DNA of 64,000 nt, taken from NCBI GenBank assembly GCA_964605155.1, contig CAZSAK010000012.1, positions 16,746 to 80,745 of the forward strand, read 5' to 3'. The notes beneath the pieces were generated by a model. That model was not told the origin of the DNA and ran no database searches. It worked only from the letters and a program-made list of their open reading frames with translations. Of this stretch, positions 19,259-29,637 are shown one piece after another. The position numbers and the translations under genes were made by a program. Numbering within the stretch: the first letter of the stretch is position 1; every line of letters starts with the position of its first letter. Source of the stretch: an uncultured Chromatiaceae bacterium (GTDB taxonomy: Bacteria > Pseudomonadota > Gammaproteobacteria > SZUA-140).

Positions 19259-19603
19259 ATGCTCAAACCCGTATCGATCCTCTTGCCCGTATCCATCGTG
19301 ACACTGGCTTTGGGAGGCTGCGCCAATACCAGCGAACTGGAACGTATCAGCAATGCCACCGAACAGGCACAACAGACAGCCGATGAGGCCAAAAAACTGG
19401 CACAGGATGCAATGAACGAGGCAAAGCAGGCCCGTTCACAGTCCTCTCAGGCGATGTCCACTGCCAATGATGCCCGCTCGATTGCCCAACAGGCCGGCGC
19501 GGATGCGAACGAGGCGAAGGCCAGTGCAAACGAGGCAATGAATGCTGCCGAGCGTGCCGATGAAAAGGCGGAACGGATGTTTCAAAAGTCGATGGCGAAA
19601 TAG
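19259..19603 (+). CDS. Lipoprotein with an alanine-zipper/coiled-coil repeat (Lpp-like)
   Basis: It has a lipobox (LALGGC). Repeats of A/Q/E-rich heptads are present (ANEAK...ANEAM). Confidence 0.6.
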   Translation: MLKPVSILLPVSIVTLALGGCANTSELERISNATEQAQQTADEAKKLAQDAMNEAKQARSQSSQAMSTANDARSIAQQAGADANEAKASANEAMNAAERADEKAERMFQKSMAK

Positions 19604-19640
19604 GCGATTGCCATCCCGTTATCCCTTCAGGCAGCTGCGC

Positions 19641-20939
19641 CTAGGGGATACAGTGCGACATCAAACCGTAATGATCGGCGCGTAACAATCTGCCGTTGAT
19701 GCCGATCGCCCTGGACAGCCGGTCAGTGACTTCCATTACAGATGTCTGTGTTTCGTAGGGCCCTACCAGTACATGGCAATAGCCGTCATTAGAACTGGCC
19801 TGCACGGATACCGGCAGATCCAGCGCCTCGATTCTTGCCGCGAGTTTGAAAGCATTGTCCAGTTCTCCAAAGGCGCCGATCTGTATAACCCAGCCATCGG
19901 ATAACCGATGATCGATTGACACCTCTGCGACCCGCGAGGGAATGCCTGAATGCCTTCCTGCAACCTCTACAGCCCGTTCAAGTACACCTTTTCGCTGTCC
20001 GGATGGCGTAATCGCACTGACTGTGGATAAAATCTGTTGAAGGTTGTCATGGCCTCCCACACCGGGTTCGACGATGGGGTCATGTGACTCCAGCACCAGC
20101 TCCCCGTTATGCCTGCCGATTTTATAGGGTTGATCCACCACTTCAACGCGTGTGCCCACTGCGACACGATTGAACAAATCTTCAATATCCTCCGGATACA
20201 TACGCAGGCATCCATGACTTATTCGCCTGCCAACCCCGAACGGTTTATTCGTGCCATGGATGAGAAACTTCGTTTTGTCCAGCCTTAAAGCAAATCTGCC
20301 CAAAGGATTATCCGGACCCGGCGGGACAATCTTGGGCAAGACATGTCCCTCCTTTGCATACTCTTCGAGAATCGACTCTGGTACCGTCCAGGCGGGATCG
20401 ACTATTTTGTCGATTACAGTAGTTATGCCAACCGGTGTCGACCATCCTTCCGAACCTATACCAAGAGGATATGTCACGATTTCCAGGACATCCACCTTTC
20501 CGTCTTGTTCGGGTGGTGGAAAATAATAAAGCCGCATCTCGGCAAGATTGATGATAATGCCATTGCGTGGCGCACTTGGAATAATAAACATGGTGGGTAC
20601 AACAACACGCGCACCTTCTGCAGGCAACCAGGGATCGATATCAGGATTGGCCGCCACGATCTCGTTGAAACCGAGATCGTGGCGGCGGGCGACATCGGCA
20701 AGCGTATCATCTGCCGCAATGGTAACTTCTACCAGCCGGCCTATTAGATCATCGTCTCCTTCAGAAAGGGTATATGTGGCCGCATGGCACAGCATGCCCG
20801 CCAACAACATAAAAACGGAGGTTATGGAGACGACCGTTGAGAAAACGCGCGTTCTGTAACGGGCAACTTGCAGGAATTTCAAATGACCAGTTTGTCTCGA
20901 TATGGACCACACCATGTCATTATAGCCATGGCAGAGCAT
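19641..20939 (-). CDS. L,D-transpeptidase with LysM and C-terminal SPOR domains
   Basis: The YkuD catalytic motif HGTNKPFGVGRRISHGCLRM is present. The N-terminus is LysM-like and the C-terminus is SPOR-like (GWVIQIGAF...GPYETQ). Confidence 0.8.
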   Translation of the reverse strand: MLCHGYNDMVWSISRQTGHLKFLQVARYRTRVFSTVVSITSVFMLLAGMLCHAATYTLSEGDDDLIGRLVEVTIAADDTLADVARRHDLGFNEIVAANPDIDPWLPAEGARVVVPTMFIIPSAPRNGIIINLAEMRLYYFPPPEQDGKVDVLEIVTYPLGIGSEGWSTPVGITTVIDKIVDPAWTVPESILEEYAKEGHVLPKIVPPGPDNPLGRFALRLDKTKFLIHGTNKPFGVGRRISHGCLRMYPEDIEDLFNRVAVGTRVEVVDQPYKIGRHNGELVLESHDPIVEPGVGGHDNLQQILSTVSAITPSGQRKGVLERAVEVAGRHSGIPSRVAEVSIDHRLSDGWVIQIGAFGELDNAFKLAARIEALDLPVSVQASSNDGYCHVLVGPYETQTSVMEVTDRLSRAIGINGRLLRADHYGLMSHCIP

Positions 20940-21409
20940 ATATTACGACACTCAGGCCGTTATCCATTTATTCAGATGTGCCTCGAGAGGCGATTGGACG
21001 GCCTATTAATATCCATGTGCATGGTCGCGTCGATCTGCTTGATCTTTTCGAATAACGCATCTGACTCGACAGACTTGGCGATGATCAGGATACACATCAA
21101 ATGACCGCCCTGTCCGAATTCATCCCGGGCGAAACAGCAGCGCGTCTGCCGAGACCCTTGATGAACTGGATGGCATTGGCCATATTGGATATGGCGGACG
21201 TTTCACTGATTTTCAAAGCTGATCGTTCGGGGAAGTTTTCCACATATTTTGATTTGTTCATGGATATTATACGACAACTTGTCATCACCCAGGTATACGC
21301 CCGGCAGGACAATGGACACAGAGCAGGAACCGTCATCTGAAAGAATGATTGTTTGATGTCAATATTTTTTGATCAGTAATATGGCTATCCAGTTCAGTGG
21401 GTGATTACC

Positions 21410-22264
21410 TTATTCCTGAACAAGTTCACTGCCGGAAAAACGAATACTCGATCCAGGAGACATCTTGATGGGCTGGATCCCGTGTTGCATCAGGCCAGCG
21501 TAAAATTCATCCGGGTCCTGTGTCAGTACCGGGAAGGTAGCGAAATGATGCGGAATGGCCATCTTGGCATTGACACTCACCGCCGCCCTGATCGCCATAT
21601 CAGGCTCCATACCGAAATGGCCTCCGATGTTGATCAGTGCGACGTCAGGGGCATAATGTTCACCGATCAGTTTCATGTCGGAAAAATAGGCGGTATCACC
21701 AGTATCATAGATTGTGGGACCATTCTTGATCCTGATAACGAACCCGGCGGGGTTGCCGCCATATACGATATCCGGTTGCAACTTGCCGGCATTGGGATTG
21801 TTCATGCCGCTTGAATGAATCGCCGGAGTCATGGCAACCATGACTTCACCATCCGCTATGGTTATCTCACCACCAATATTGAACAAGGTATCAAATCCCA
21901 TCTGGTCCTTCGGGTAACCGAGCAGTTTCGCCATGTTGGTACCAAGTTCGAAATTGGTAACCAGACGTGCCGAAGTTTTTCTGGCCAACGCTACCGAGTC
22001 TCCGATATGGTCGAAATGACCATGGGTAATCAGGATATAGTCGGCTTTTTTAATCGCATCCAATGGATTCTTATCATCCTTAGCCTCAGGATTCATCGGG
22101 TTACTCAGCCAGGGATCAATCATCAACACCTTGCCGGCGGGGGTTACAATCCTGAAGGCGGCATGGCCATACCATGTAAGGATCGTTTCCTTGTCACTAG
22201 CCTGTGCAGCAATTGAACTCAACAACAACAGCTGCAGGACAACCATAAGTTTCCTGATGATCAT
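21410..22264 (-). CDS. Secreted MBL-fold metallo-hydrolase
   Basis: It has a signal peptide, the MBL motif HGHFDHIGD, and downstream His/Asp ligands. Confidence 0.75.
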   Translation of the reverse strand: MIIRKLMVVLQLLLLSSIAAQASDKETILTWYGHAAFRIVTPAGKVLMIDPWLSNPMNPEAKDDKNPLDAIKKADYILITHGHFDHIGDSVALARKTSARLVTNFELGTNMAKLLGYPKDQMGFDTLFNIGGEITIADGEVMVAMTPAIHSSGMNNPNAGKLQPDIVYGGNPAGFVIRIKNGPTIYDTGDTAYFSDMKLIGEHYAPDVALINIGGHFGMEPDMAIRAAVSVNAKMAIPHHFATFPVLTQDPDEFYAGLMQHGIQPIKMSPGSSIRFSGSELVQE

Positions 22265-22360
22265 GCCGTATACCCCCTGTGAATTTGCCGGTTAGATTTC
22301 TAATCGCACTATATAACTCACACTCAAGGATATCAATATCGAGGCATTACTAGCTGTTCA

Positions 22361-22660
22361 TTATCGTATATGAAGACTCCAGCCAAAAAATGATCCATGG
22401 TGATTGTGGTGCTGACCGTGAAAGTACCCACGGTAGACATTGACAGATCCTCTGGGCGAATATTGGAAATTCCGGTAATCATTGTGTCTGTAATGCCTTG
22501 CATGTTCATGATGACGGTGTTGTTGTTGATGCCCGTGATGCTTATTCCTTGTATAACCATGGTCGTGACGTTCGCCGGCATTAGCGAACCCAGGAATGCT
22601 GATCGCAATCAGACTTAACAATATCAAGGCAAGAGCAGTATATTTATAATGAGTAGACAT
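22361..22660 (-). CDS. Small secreted histidine-rich protein
   Basis: The signal peptide is MSTHYKYTALALILLSLIAISIPGFANA. The mature part is about 25% His (HHGHQQQHRHHEHARHYRH...HGQHHNHHG). Confidence 0.45.
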   Translation of the reverse strand: MSTHYKYTALALILLSLIAISIPGFANAGERHDHGYTRNKHHGHQQQHRHHEHARHYRHNDYRNFQYSPRGSVNVYRGYFHGQHHNHHGSFFGWSLHIR

Positions 22661-22806
22661 AACACACCTCCTTCAGGCGCCAGACAAAGGAATCGTTCTT
22701 GATCATGACAATACACTTTTGCGCCTGAATGGAGCATGAACATTCCTGCTGATTGATATCAACCGTTAAATGAAAGCATTAATACAAACCGGAAGATAAG
22801 GGGATA

Positions 22807-24006
22807 TCAACACTTTACGGGTTTGACCTTGCCGGCCACTGATCTGGCACGCTCACGCGCGTCATCGACATTGTCACCGAAGGCCAATGCCACACCCATA
22901 CGGCGGCTGACGTAGGCCTCTGGCTTGCCAAAAAGCCGGATATCCGTACGCGGTACACGCAAGGCCTCATCGACGCCTTCGAAGGCAATACCCTTTTCAT
23001 CCATACCGCCGTAAATCACGGCACTGGCACCGGGAGAGCGCAGGTCCACGCATACTGGCAACCCAAGGATCGCTCTGGCATGCAGCTCGAACTCGCTCTG
23101 CACCTGGCTAACCATCGTTACCATCCCGGTATCATGGGGCCTGGGACTGACCTCGCTGAACCACACCTGGTCGTCTTTGACAAACAGCTCAACTCCGAAT
23201 ATTCCACGTCCGCCCAGATTGCCGGTGATCTCTCTGGCGATTTCCCGCGCGTACTGCAGCGCAAGATCGGACATCACATGCGGCTGCCAGCTTTCGACAT
23301 AGTCACCCTTGACCTGCACATGACCTATTGGATCACAAAAGCTGGTCTGGATCTCTCCGTGTTCATCGAGCGAACGTACCGTCAGCTGGGTAATCTCGTA
23401 ATCGAAATCGATCATCTCTTCAACGATTACCTTGCCATGTTCGACCCGGCCTCCGCTCATGGCGTATTCCCATGCCGTTTCTATCTCTTCCAGGCTGTTG
23501 ATCACGGATTGACCTTTTCCGGATGATGACATGACGGGCTTGATGATACAGGGTAATCCTGTGTGCTCAGTTATCACGCTACGCAACTCATCTATATTTT
23601 CAGCAAAGGCGTAACGTGATACGGGCAATGCCAGTTGCTCGGCGGCCAGACGACGGATCCCCTCACGGTTCATAGTCAACTGGGTCGCGCGGGCGGTCGG
23701 AATGACTTCAGCGAGACCATCGGCTTCGATTTCAGCAAGCGTATCCGTGGCAATGGCCTCGATCTCCGGCACGATGATGTGGGGTCTTTCATGCTCGATC
23801 AGCGCCCGCAAGGCGGTTGCGTCAACCATGCTGATTACGTGGGCGCGATGGGCAAGCAGGTGCCCCGGTGCGTTTGCATAGCGATCTACGGCGATGACCT
23901 CCACACCCAGACGTTGCAGTGCGATAATCACTTCCTTGCCGAGTTCACCACAACCGAGCAACATCACCCGGTTAGCGCAGGGGGACAGCGGTGTACCGAT
24001 TCTCAT
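22807..24006 (-). CDS. purT: Formate-dependent phosphoribosylglycinamide formyltransferase
   Basis: The N-terminus [14 protein letters not shown] matches PurT. The protein is 399 aa with an ATP-grasp fold. Confidence 0.88.
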   Translation of the reverse strand: MRIGTPLSPCANRVMLLGCGELGKEVIIALQRLGVEVIAVDRYANAPGHLLAHRAHVISMVDATALRALIEHERPHIIVPEIEAIATDTLAEIEADGLAEVIPTARATQLTMNREGIRRLAAEQLALPVSRYAFAENIDELRSVITEHTGLPCIIKPVMSSSGKGQSVINSLEEIETAWEYAMSGGRVEHGKVIVEEMIDFDYEITQLTVRSLDEHGEIQTSFCDPIGHVQVKGDYVESWQPHVMSDLALQYAREIAREITGNLGGRGIFGVELFVKDDQVWFSEVSPRPHDTGMVTMVSQVQSEFELHARAILGLPVCVDLRSPGASAVIYGGMDEKGIAFEGVDEALRVPRTDIRLFGKPEAYVSRRMGVALAFGDNVDDARERARSVAGKVKPVKC

Positions 24007-24049
24007 ACGTTAGCAGGGCCTTGCGAAAGTATCTTACCCAGTTTGTTGT

Positions 24050-24784
24050 TTACTGCAGCTCTATCGACCCGGATACGGTTATTGAAATTTTGCTCATGCC
24101 GGCTTCGACAGCAGGTGCCGTCAGCTTGCTTTCCATCACCGTGGTCCTCATGAGTGGTCGTGGAGGAGGCATTGAATCCGGCGATTCAATTGCAATCCTT
24201 ACTATGCGGTAGCCCGCCGCACCGAGATTGTCTACCACAATGTCCGCACGGCTTTTAAATGCATCCAGCGCTGCGTCGATCAGTTCATTTTCGGTATCAT
24301 CCCTTTTTTGGTCTGATACACTGAAGTCCATCGATTTGACCAGCAAACGCTTCTGCAACACGCCGATCAAACGGGTTATCCCGGCGACATTGCGGCTTCT
24401 CAGTATCAGGGATTGGCTGGCGCGCCAATGATCAATGCTGTTTTCATCGTAGACGGCATGGACATAATAATTGCCCGTCATCACGTCCACGTCCTGGCTG
24501 CTACCCGCCGCTTTCAATGCCCATGCCATACTCGAATTGATCTTGTCCGCGAGCAGAGCCGGTTCTTTCCCTTCTATTTCTCTGGCAAGCGTAGCAATCA
24601 TCAGATCGTTATCGACCTCCTTCGAACGCTGGGCCTTGATGGAGACAATATCGTAGTGTTCTGTCTCGGCGATCGCTGACGTCATTGGCAACCCTGACAT
24701 GATGAACGTCCACAGCATGATCACACCACACGTTTTGTCGATGTTTATCGCCACGCGCATCTCCATCAAGTATCCCAAAAACAA
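24050..24784 (-). CDS. SIMPL-domain (DUF541) periplasmic protein
   Basis: About 240 aa with a signal peptide. The overall pattern is typical of SIMPL / 26 kDa periplasmic immunogenic proteins. Confidence 0.55.
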   Translation of the reverse strand: MFLGYLMEMRVAINIDKTCGVIMLWTFIMSGLPMTSAIAETEHYDIVSIKAQRSKEVDNDLMIATLAREIEGKEPALLADKINSSMAWALKAAGSSQDVDVMTGNYYVHAVYDENSIDHWRASQSLILRSRNVAGITRLIGVLQKRLLVKSMDFSVSDQKRDDTENELIDAALDAFKSRADIVVDNLGAAGYRIVRIAIESPDSMPPPRPLMRTTVMESKLTAPAVEAGMSKISITVSGSIELQ

Positions 24785-25023
24785 TCGGCAGGTCAGTATA
24801 ATTGCCTCATAATGTTATTATTTCCAATAACATAATAGAGGGCATCCAGTCCATGCTAGTCAGTTATTTTGACACAGGATTTATATTGAAGTCTGAGTCA
24901 ATACTACCGATATAGGCTCAAAATAGCGAACAATTTTCATGGTCGAAGGTATCGGTTTTCCACCGCTGTTAATCGGGTGGAAATTTCAGAATTCCATAGC
25001 CTTGCCGCTATTCCCTAAACAGC

Positions 25024-25461
25024 TTGAAAATAAAACAACATCAAATGAAAACAAGAATCGAAAATATTCCGAAATTAAAGACCGAACGCATGCTCATCGA
25101 TGGCAGTCGTTATAACCAGGTGAGACTGGGCTTGCTGCGGCTTGAGAATCCTCTGCGTCTCAAACTCACTGGATTGCGAGGTATGGATATCATCCTCGAC
25201 AACACCGCCTGGGTTTGTGTCGATCGAACCATGTATGATCTACCGGTACTGGCCTGGACGGATTTTGAGAAAACGGTTCGCAACGGCCTCCATGAACCGG
25301 TATACTGCCAGTTGCATTTCTATCACATCCACGCAGATCTGATCATCGAAACCGTCCTGGCGACCATGACCTCGGTACTCACCCAATTGCTTAAAAACAA
25401 AAAGCCCGGCAATTATGTGAACGTTTGTGACCTCATCAAGTCCCGGAGCTGCTCAGAGTAA
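25024..25461 (+). CDS. Hypothetical protein (145 aa)
   Basis: An ORF with no recognisable motifs. Confidence 0.35.
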   Translation: MKIKQHQMKTRIENIPKLKTERMLIDGSRYNQVRLGLLRLENPLRLKLTGLRGMDIILDNTAWVCVDRTMYDLPVLAWTDFEKTVRNGLHEPVYCQLHFYHIHADLIIETVLATMTSVLTQLLKNKKPGNYVNVCDLIKSRSCSE

Positions 25462-25498
25462 CTGCTGATTCCCGGCCGGAGACAACCAGCATCCGATA

Positions 25499-26032
25499 TT
25501 ATCCAGATTCCTCTAGCAGGTTGCGGATGTATTGCTCCATAACCCTGTATCCACCCTCACCGATTTTCATGAAGCGTATATAGCCATACTTGTCAATCAG
25601 ATACAAGGTGGGCCAAAAACGGTTATTGAACCGTTCCCAGTTGAGGAAGTCATTATCAATGAGCACTGGATAGCTGATGGCCTCACGGCTCACATACTGC
25701 CTTACATTTTCCACCTCCCGCTCGTAACTGAATTCCGGTGAATGAATTGATACTACCTCCAGGCCGGCATTATGGAACTGTTTATACCAGCCCTTGATAT
25801 AAGGTTCGACATGACGACAATTGCGGCAACCTAAGGTCCAGAATTCTACCAGCACAACCCTGCCGCGTAGATCCTGCAAACGGACCGGTCTGCTGTTCAG
25901 CCACGTATCACTGCTGATCTCCGGCGCCCTGATGTGCAGATCACCGGTATAGGCTGTACGGCTCATCAATATAATGATGGCCATGACGAGCATCAATAAA
26001 TAACGGAACATTCGTCTGCTGTTCATGGTCAT
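25499..26032 (-). CDS. Thioredoxin-fold thiol:disulfide oxidoreductase (TlpA/ResA-like)
   Basis: It has an N-terminal anchor and a redoxin CxxC motif (WTLGCRNC). Confidence 0.7.
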   Translation of the reverse strand: MTMNSRRMFRYLLMLVMAIIILMSRTAYTGDLHIRAPEISSDTWLNSRPVRLQDLRGRVVLVEFWTLGCRNCRHVEPYIKGWYKQFHNAGLEVVSIHSPEFSYEREVENVRQYVSREAISYPVLIDNDFLNWERFNNRFWPTLYLIDKYGYIRFMKIGEGGYRVMEQYIRNLLEESG

Positions 26033-26038
26033 GATCTG

Positions 26039-27526
26039 TCAGCTGACCGCAGCTACGATAGGTAACCTGAAACGGAAGGTCGAACCCGAATTGATAACAC
26101 TCTCGACCTCGATATTACTGCCGTGTAGATTGAGTATGCGTTTTGCGATTGCAAGGCCCAGTCCAGCGCCTCCCCGGAGGTCTTTACGGCTTTTATCAGC
26201 CTGATAAAAGCGGTCGAAGATGTTGGGCAGCTCTTCCTGCGGGATACCGGACCCGGTATCGCTGATCTGTACCGTTACGCTGTTTCCGTCAGGAGTCAAT
26301 ACCAGGCTGACTGTCCCGCCTTCCGGAGTATGACGCAGCGCATTTTCAATCAGATTTTCGAGCACCCGTTCGACCAGAGCGATATCCGCAGAGACAAAAG
26401 GCAACTCCTTGCCGATATTTGTAATGATATCGATGTGTTTCTTCCTCGCCTCGAGAGCGAATTTTTGCGCTACATCCTGTACGAGCTCCTCGAGACTAAA
26501 CGGTTCCCGCTTGACGACAGTTTCCTCATAATCCAGTTTAGCGAGTTCGAACAGCTCGGATACCAGTTTATTCAACTGTTCACAATGCTGGATGGCGATC
26601 CTCAGGTAATCCCGTCTTTCCTCTTCAGATAAAGCATTATCCTTTAACATCAGTGTCTCGATATATCCCTGCAGCGTGGCAAGCGGTGTACGCAGATCGT
26701 GAGAAACATTTGCCACCAGTTCCCGGCGCATGGCATCTGTTTTCTTGAGATCGTGCATCTGTTGCTTGATGCGGGAAGCCATCTGTTCGAATGTTGCTGC
26801 GAGACGTGTCACATCGTCCTCGCTTGCATGCCCCTGACCCTCAATCAGATTACGATTGTTTTCCAGATCAACCTCGTCCTTGAATACGTCCATTGCCCTG
26901 GAGAGCCTTTTCAAGCGCCCAGTCATGAAAGCGAACAATATCAGGCCAGTGATCAGTGCAAACAAAAGACTAGACAGAATCACAAGGGAACTCAGTTTGA
27001 AGATATGGCTCTCCTGCAGCTTCTGTGCGATATCATCATGTTCCTCTCCACCCAGGATGATATACAGGTATCCCTGTAACATCCCGTTTTCCATGATGCG
27101 TGCCACGGAAAAGACCTTTTTTCGATCTGGATCACGGGGATCGTCACCTAGATACGGGAAGGTCACATCCGATTGAAGATATTGCATGATCGGCCCGGTA
27201 TTGACGCGCTTTCTCTTGATCTTCTCCTCCGGAGCCGAATAGGAAATTATGTTCCCCACAGTATCAAGCAGGTATATTTCAATACTCGGGTTAAACACCA
27301 TGAGCGAATGAAACGTTTCTTTCAGTGCACTGGTATTTATCCGGCTGCCTTTCATCAACAGCTTGTCATGTACTATATGCTCAGCAAGATTACGGTTTAA
27401 TTTCTGGCTGACTTCCTGCTGATACATGTCTGCGGAATATTGGGTTATCACCACAACCAGGATACCTACCATGGTGAAAAGAAACAGGAGCACGGCTGCC
27501 AGTCTAGAATACAGAGAGTTAAACAT
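26039..27526 (-). CDS. Sensor histidine kinase (two TM helices, HAMP, HisKA, HATPase_c)
   Basis: The H-box SHDLRTPLATLQGY is present. The N and G boxes are marked by DTGSGIP and GGAGLGLAIAKRI. Confidence 0.88.
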   Translation of the reverse strand: MFNSLYSRLAAVLLFLFTMVGILVVVITQYSADMYQQEVSQKLNRNLAEHIVHDKLLMKGSRINTSALKETFHSLMVFNPSIEIYLLDTVGNIISYSAPEEKIKRKRVNTGPIMQYLQSDVTFPYLGDDPRDPDRKKVFSVARIMENGMLQGYLYIILGGEEHDDIAQKLQESHIFKLSSLVILSSLLFALITGLILFAFMTGRLKRLSRAMDVFKDEVDLENNRNLIEGQGHASEDDVTRLAATFEQMASRIKQQMHDLKKTDAMRRELVANVSHDLRTPLATLQGYIETLMLKDNALSEEERRDYLRIAIQHCEQLNKLVSELFELAKLDYEETVVKREPFSLEELVQDVAQKFALEARKKHIDIITNIGKELPFVSADIALVERVLENLIENALRHTPEGGTVSLVLTPDGNSVTVQISDTGSGIPQEELPNIFDRFYQADKSRKDLRGGAGLGLAIAKRILNLHGSNIEVESVINSGSTFRFRLPIVAAVS

Positions 27527-27534
27527 CGTCCTGA

Positions 27535-28257
27535 TCAGGTTTCCGTGAATTTATAGCCGACTCCCCACACCGTGAGAATATAGTCAGGCTGTGCCGGGTT
27601 TTCCTCGATTTTTGCCCGCAGACGATTGATATGCGAATTCACCGTATGCTCATAACCGTCATGCCCGTATCCCCAGACATAATCAAGTAACTGCGAGCGG
27701 GTATATACCCTGCCCGGATGCCTGGCGAAATACAGTAGCAACTCATATTCCTTTGCAGTCAGGTCGATATCTTTACCCCTGAGACTGACCTTGCGTTTAC
27801 CGGTATCTATAACCAGATCCTTGATACGAATAATTTCATCACCGCCTTCGGCCTTGTCAGACTTCAGGCTCTCCATACGCCTGAAGATCGCCTTTACCCG
27901 CGCGACCAGTTCCGTAATGCTGAATGGTTTTGTGACGTAGTCATCTGCACCGATCTCGAGACCCAACACCCTGTCAACCTCCGACGATTTGGACGTCAGC
28001 ATCAGGATCGGCGTATACGGAGGCTTGCTGCGTAGCCGTTTACACAGCTCCAGCCCATCCAATCCGGGCAACATCAGATCGAGAATGATCAGATCGTAGG
28101 TGTTGGCCATTGCCTTGGCGAGTCCCGCCACACCATCAAAGGCCAGCTCTGCTTGAAACGACTGATCCTTGAGATGCATCTCCAGCAGATGGGCGAGATC
28201 CTTGTTATCTTCAATGACCAGTATGGCTCGTGATATCAATACATGTTTCCTCAACAT
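27535..28257 (-). CDS. OmpR-family response regulator
   Basis: It has a REC domain (ILVIEDNKD...LDLMLPGLDG) and a winged-helix C-terminus (LTVWGVGYKF). The start was chosen at MLRKH. It lies 8 bp upstream of the kinase gene. Confidence 0.85.
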   Translation of the reverse strand: MLRKHVLISRAILVIEDNKDLAHLLEMHLKDQSFQAELAFDGVAGLAKAMANTYDLIILDLMLPGLDGLELCKRLRSKPPYTPILMLTSKSSEVDRVLGLEIGADDYVTKPFSITELVARVKAIFRRMESLKSDKAEGGDEIIRIKDLVIDTGKRKVSLRGKDIDLTAKEYELLLYFARHPGRVYTRSQLLDYVWGYGHDGYEHTVNSHINRLRAKIEENPAQPDYILTVWGVGYKFTET

Positions 28258-28526
28258 TACACGTTGTTCAGAATAAAGATTAGTTATCACAAAATCATCA
28301 CTAATGTCATTTGAAACATAGAGATATTTACCTTTGCCACACAATCTGGAAATACTGCAGGATATTTGCGCACGGCCATCATACTCTGGCAGACCGCCTT
28401 ACCCATCTTATCGGGTTGCACAAACAGAGCAAACGATTAATAATCGCTTTCTATCATCGGCACACTAAGCCACTGATTTATAAATAGCACAAGAATGCAG
28501 GGAAGGTTCATCGATGCCATGAGCAA

Positions 28527-28850
28527 TTGGAGCGCATAACCATGACAAATCCGGATTTGAGGACTTACGAAAACATGCTCGCCAGGCTGGTCTCGGAAAG
28601 CAGCAAGGAAGAACTTGCCGATTGTGCACTCCTGCTGGCAATGAATCTGGCCAACTACAAGTCCAAGTACGGGGATCTGCCGAGCGATAATTTCAGGGAT
28701 TTACTGACCACCGACATGATTGACGAGAATACCGCCAGGGTGCTCATGCAAGGTTCGGAGGAGATGATCAAGACCCTCGCCATGATTACTGGTGAAGGTG
28801 ATGCCGGCCTGGATGACGGGGAAGATGACGAAACCGAGTCTTTACACTAA
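28527..28850 (+). CDS. Acidic hypothetical protein (107 aa)
   Basis: An ORF with an acidic C-terminus. No motifs were recognised. Confidence 0.35.
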   Translation: MERITMTNPDLRTYENMLARLVSESSKEELADCALLLAMNLANYKSKYGDLPSDNFRDLLTTDMIDENTARVLMQGSEEMIKTLAMITGEGDAGLDDGEDDETESLH

Positions 28851-28887
28851 GCGGGTAAGGTAAATCAGCAGCGGGTGGTTCTTCACG

Positions 28888-29268
28888 TTACTTTTTATTC
28901 TGTTTGTTAACGATCGCCTCGCACATATTGTTGAATTCTTGATGTTGACGTTTTCGCATGGCCGCAATCTGATTACCCTGATCAAGTGACAGACGCAACG
29001 CCTGCTCGGGCGTGATCTCGTCGTTACTCATCTTGAGGTTGGCTATAACATCCTGTTGCCTGTGCATTTCAAGCAAGCGCTCCATCTCATTCTGTTGCCG
29101 TTCCCTGAGGCTCTTGAGATCCGGGTACATTTCCATCAGTGACTCTTGCGTTTCGGTCTTGCACGGATCGGCCGTGTATTTGATGGTCAGGAAATATATA
29201 CCTGTGCCCGCAACCAGCACTATAGCGGCCACAAGCCATATCCACCATTTTTTCACTGCGCTATTCAT
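28888..29268 (-). CDS. Membrane-anchored hypothetical protein
   Basis: It has an N-terminal TM helix followed by a charged helical region. Confidence 0.4.
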   Translation of the reverse strand: MNSAVKKWWIWLVAAIVLVAGTGIYFLTIKYTADPCKTETQESLMEMYPDLKSLRERQQNEMERLLEMHRQQDVIANLKMSNDEITPEQALRLSLDQGNQIAAMRKRQHQEFNNMCEAIVNKQNKK

Positions 29269-29516
29269 ATCTGACGGGCCATGAATATTATGGGTTATCT
29301 TTATTTCAAGTTTGAATACTCGCTCTTGCGAGCTGAATTAACTGTGTATAGTGGCCAATATGGATATGCAGCAAACAAACGGCGATCGGAAATGCTAGCT
29401 TTGCGAGGCAAGAATTTTAATTCCTATTTCAGACAAACCCGCCAGAGTCAGTGTTTGATACATACAGGTCAGCGTCCAGGTCCGGTTAATCCTTATTAAT
29501 GCCTGCATAGTATAAC

Positions 29517-29592
29517 TGGAGCTGGCGAAGGGAGTCGAACCCCCGACCTGCTGATTACAAATCAGCTGCTCTACCAACTGAGCTACGCCAGC
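29517..29592 (-). tRNA. tRNA-Thr (anticodon TGT)
   Basis: The reverse complement folds as a cloverleaf: GCTGGCG acceptor stem, GCTCAGTTGGTAGAGC D-arm, anticodon arm GCTGA-TTTGTAA-TCAGC, GGTTCGACTCC T-arm and a 3' CCA. Confidence 0.8.
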
Positions 29593-29637
29593 TTGTAGGC
29601 TCATATTATTTAATCTGTCAAACAAAGGCAACTCGCT

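Noticed and set aside
29395-29631. A 78-aa ORF on the minus strand
   Set aside because: It lies entirely over the tRNA-Thr gene (29517..29592). Its translation reflects the tRNA sequence and is not a protein.
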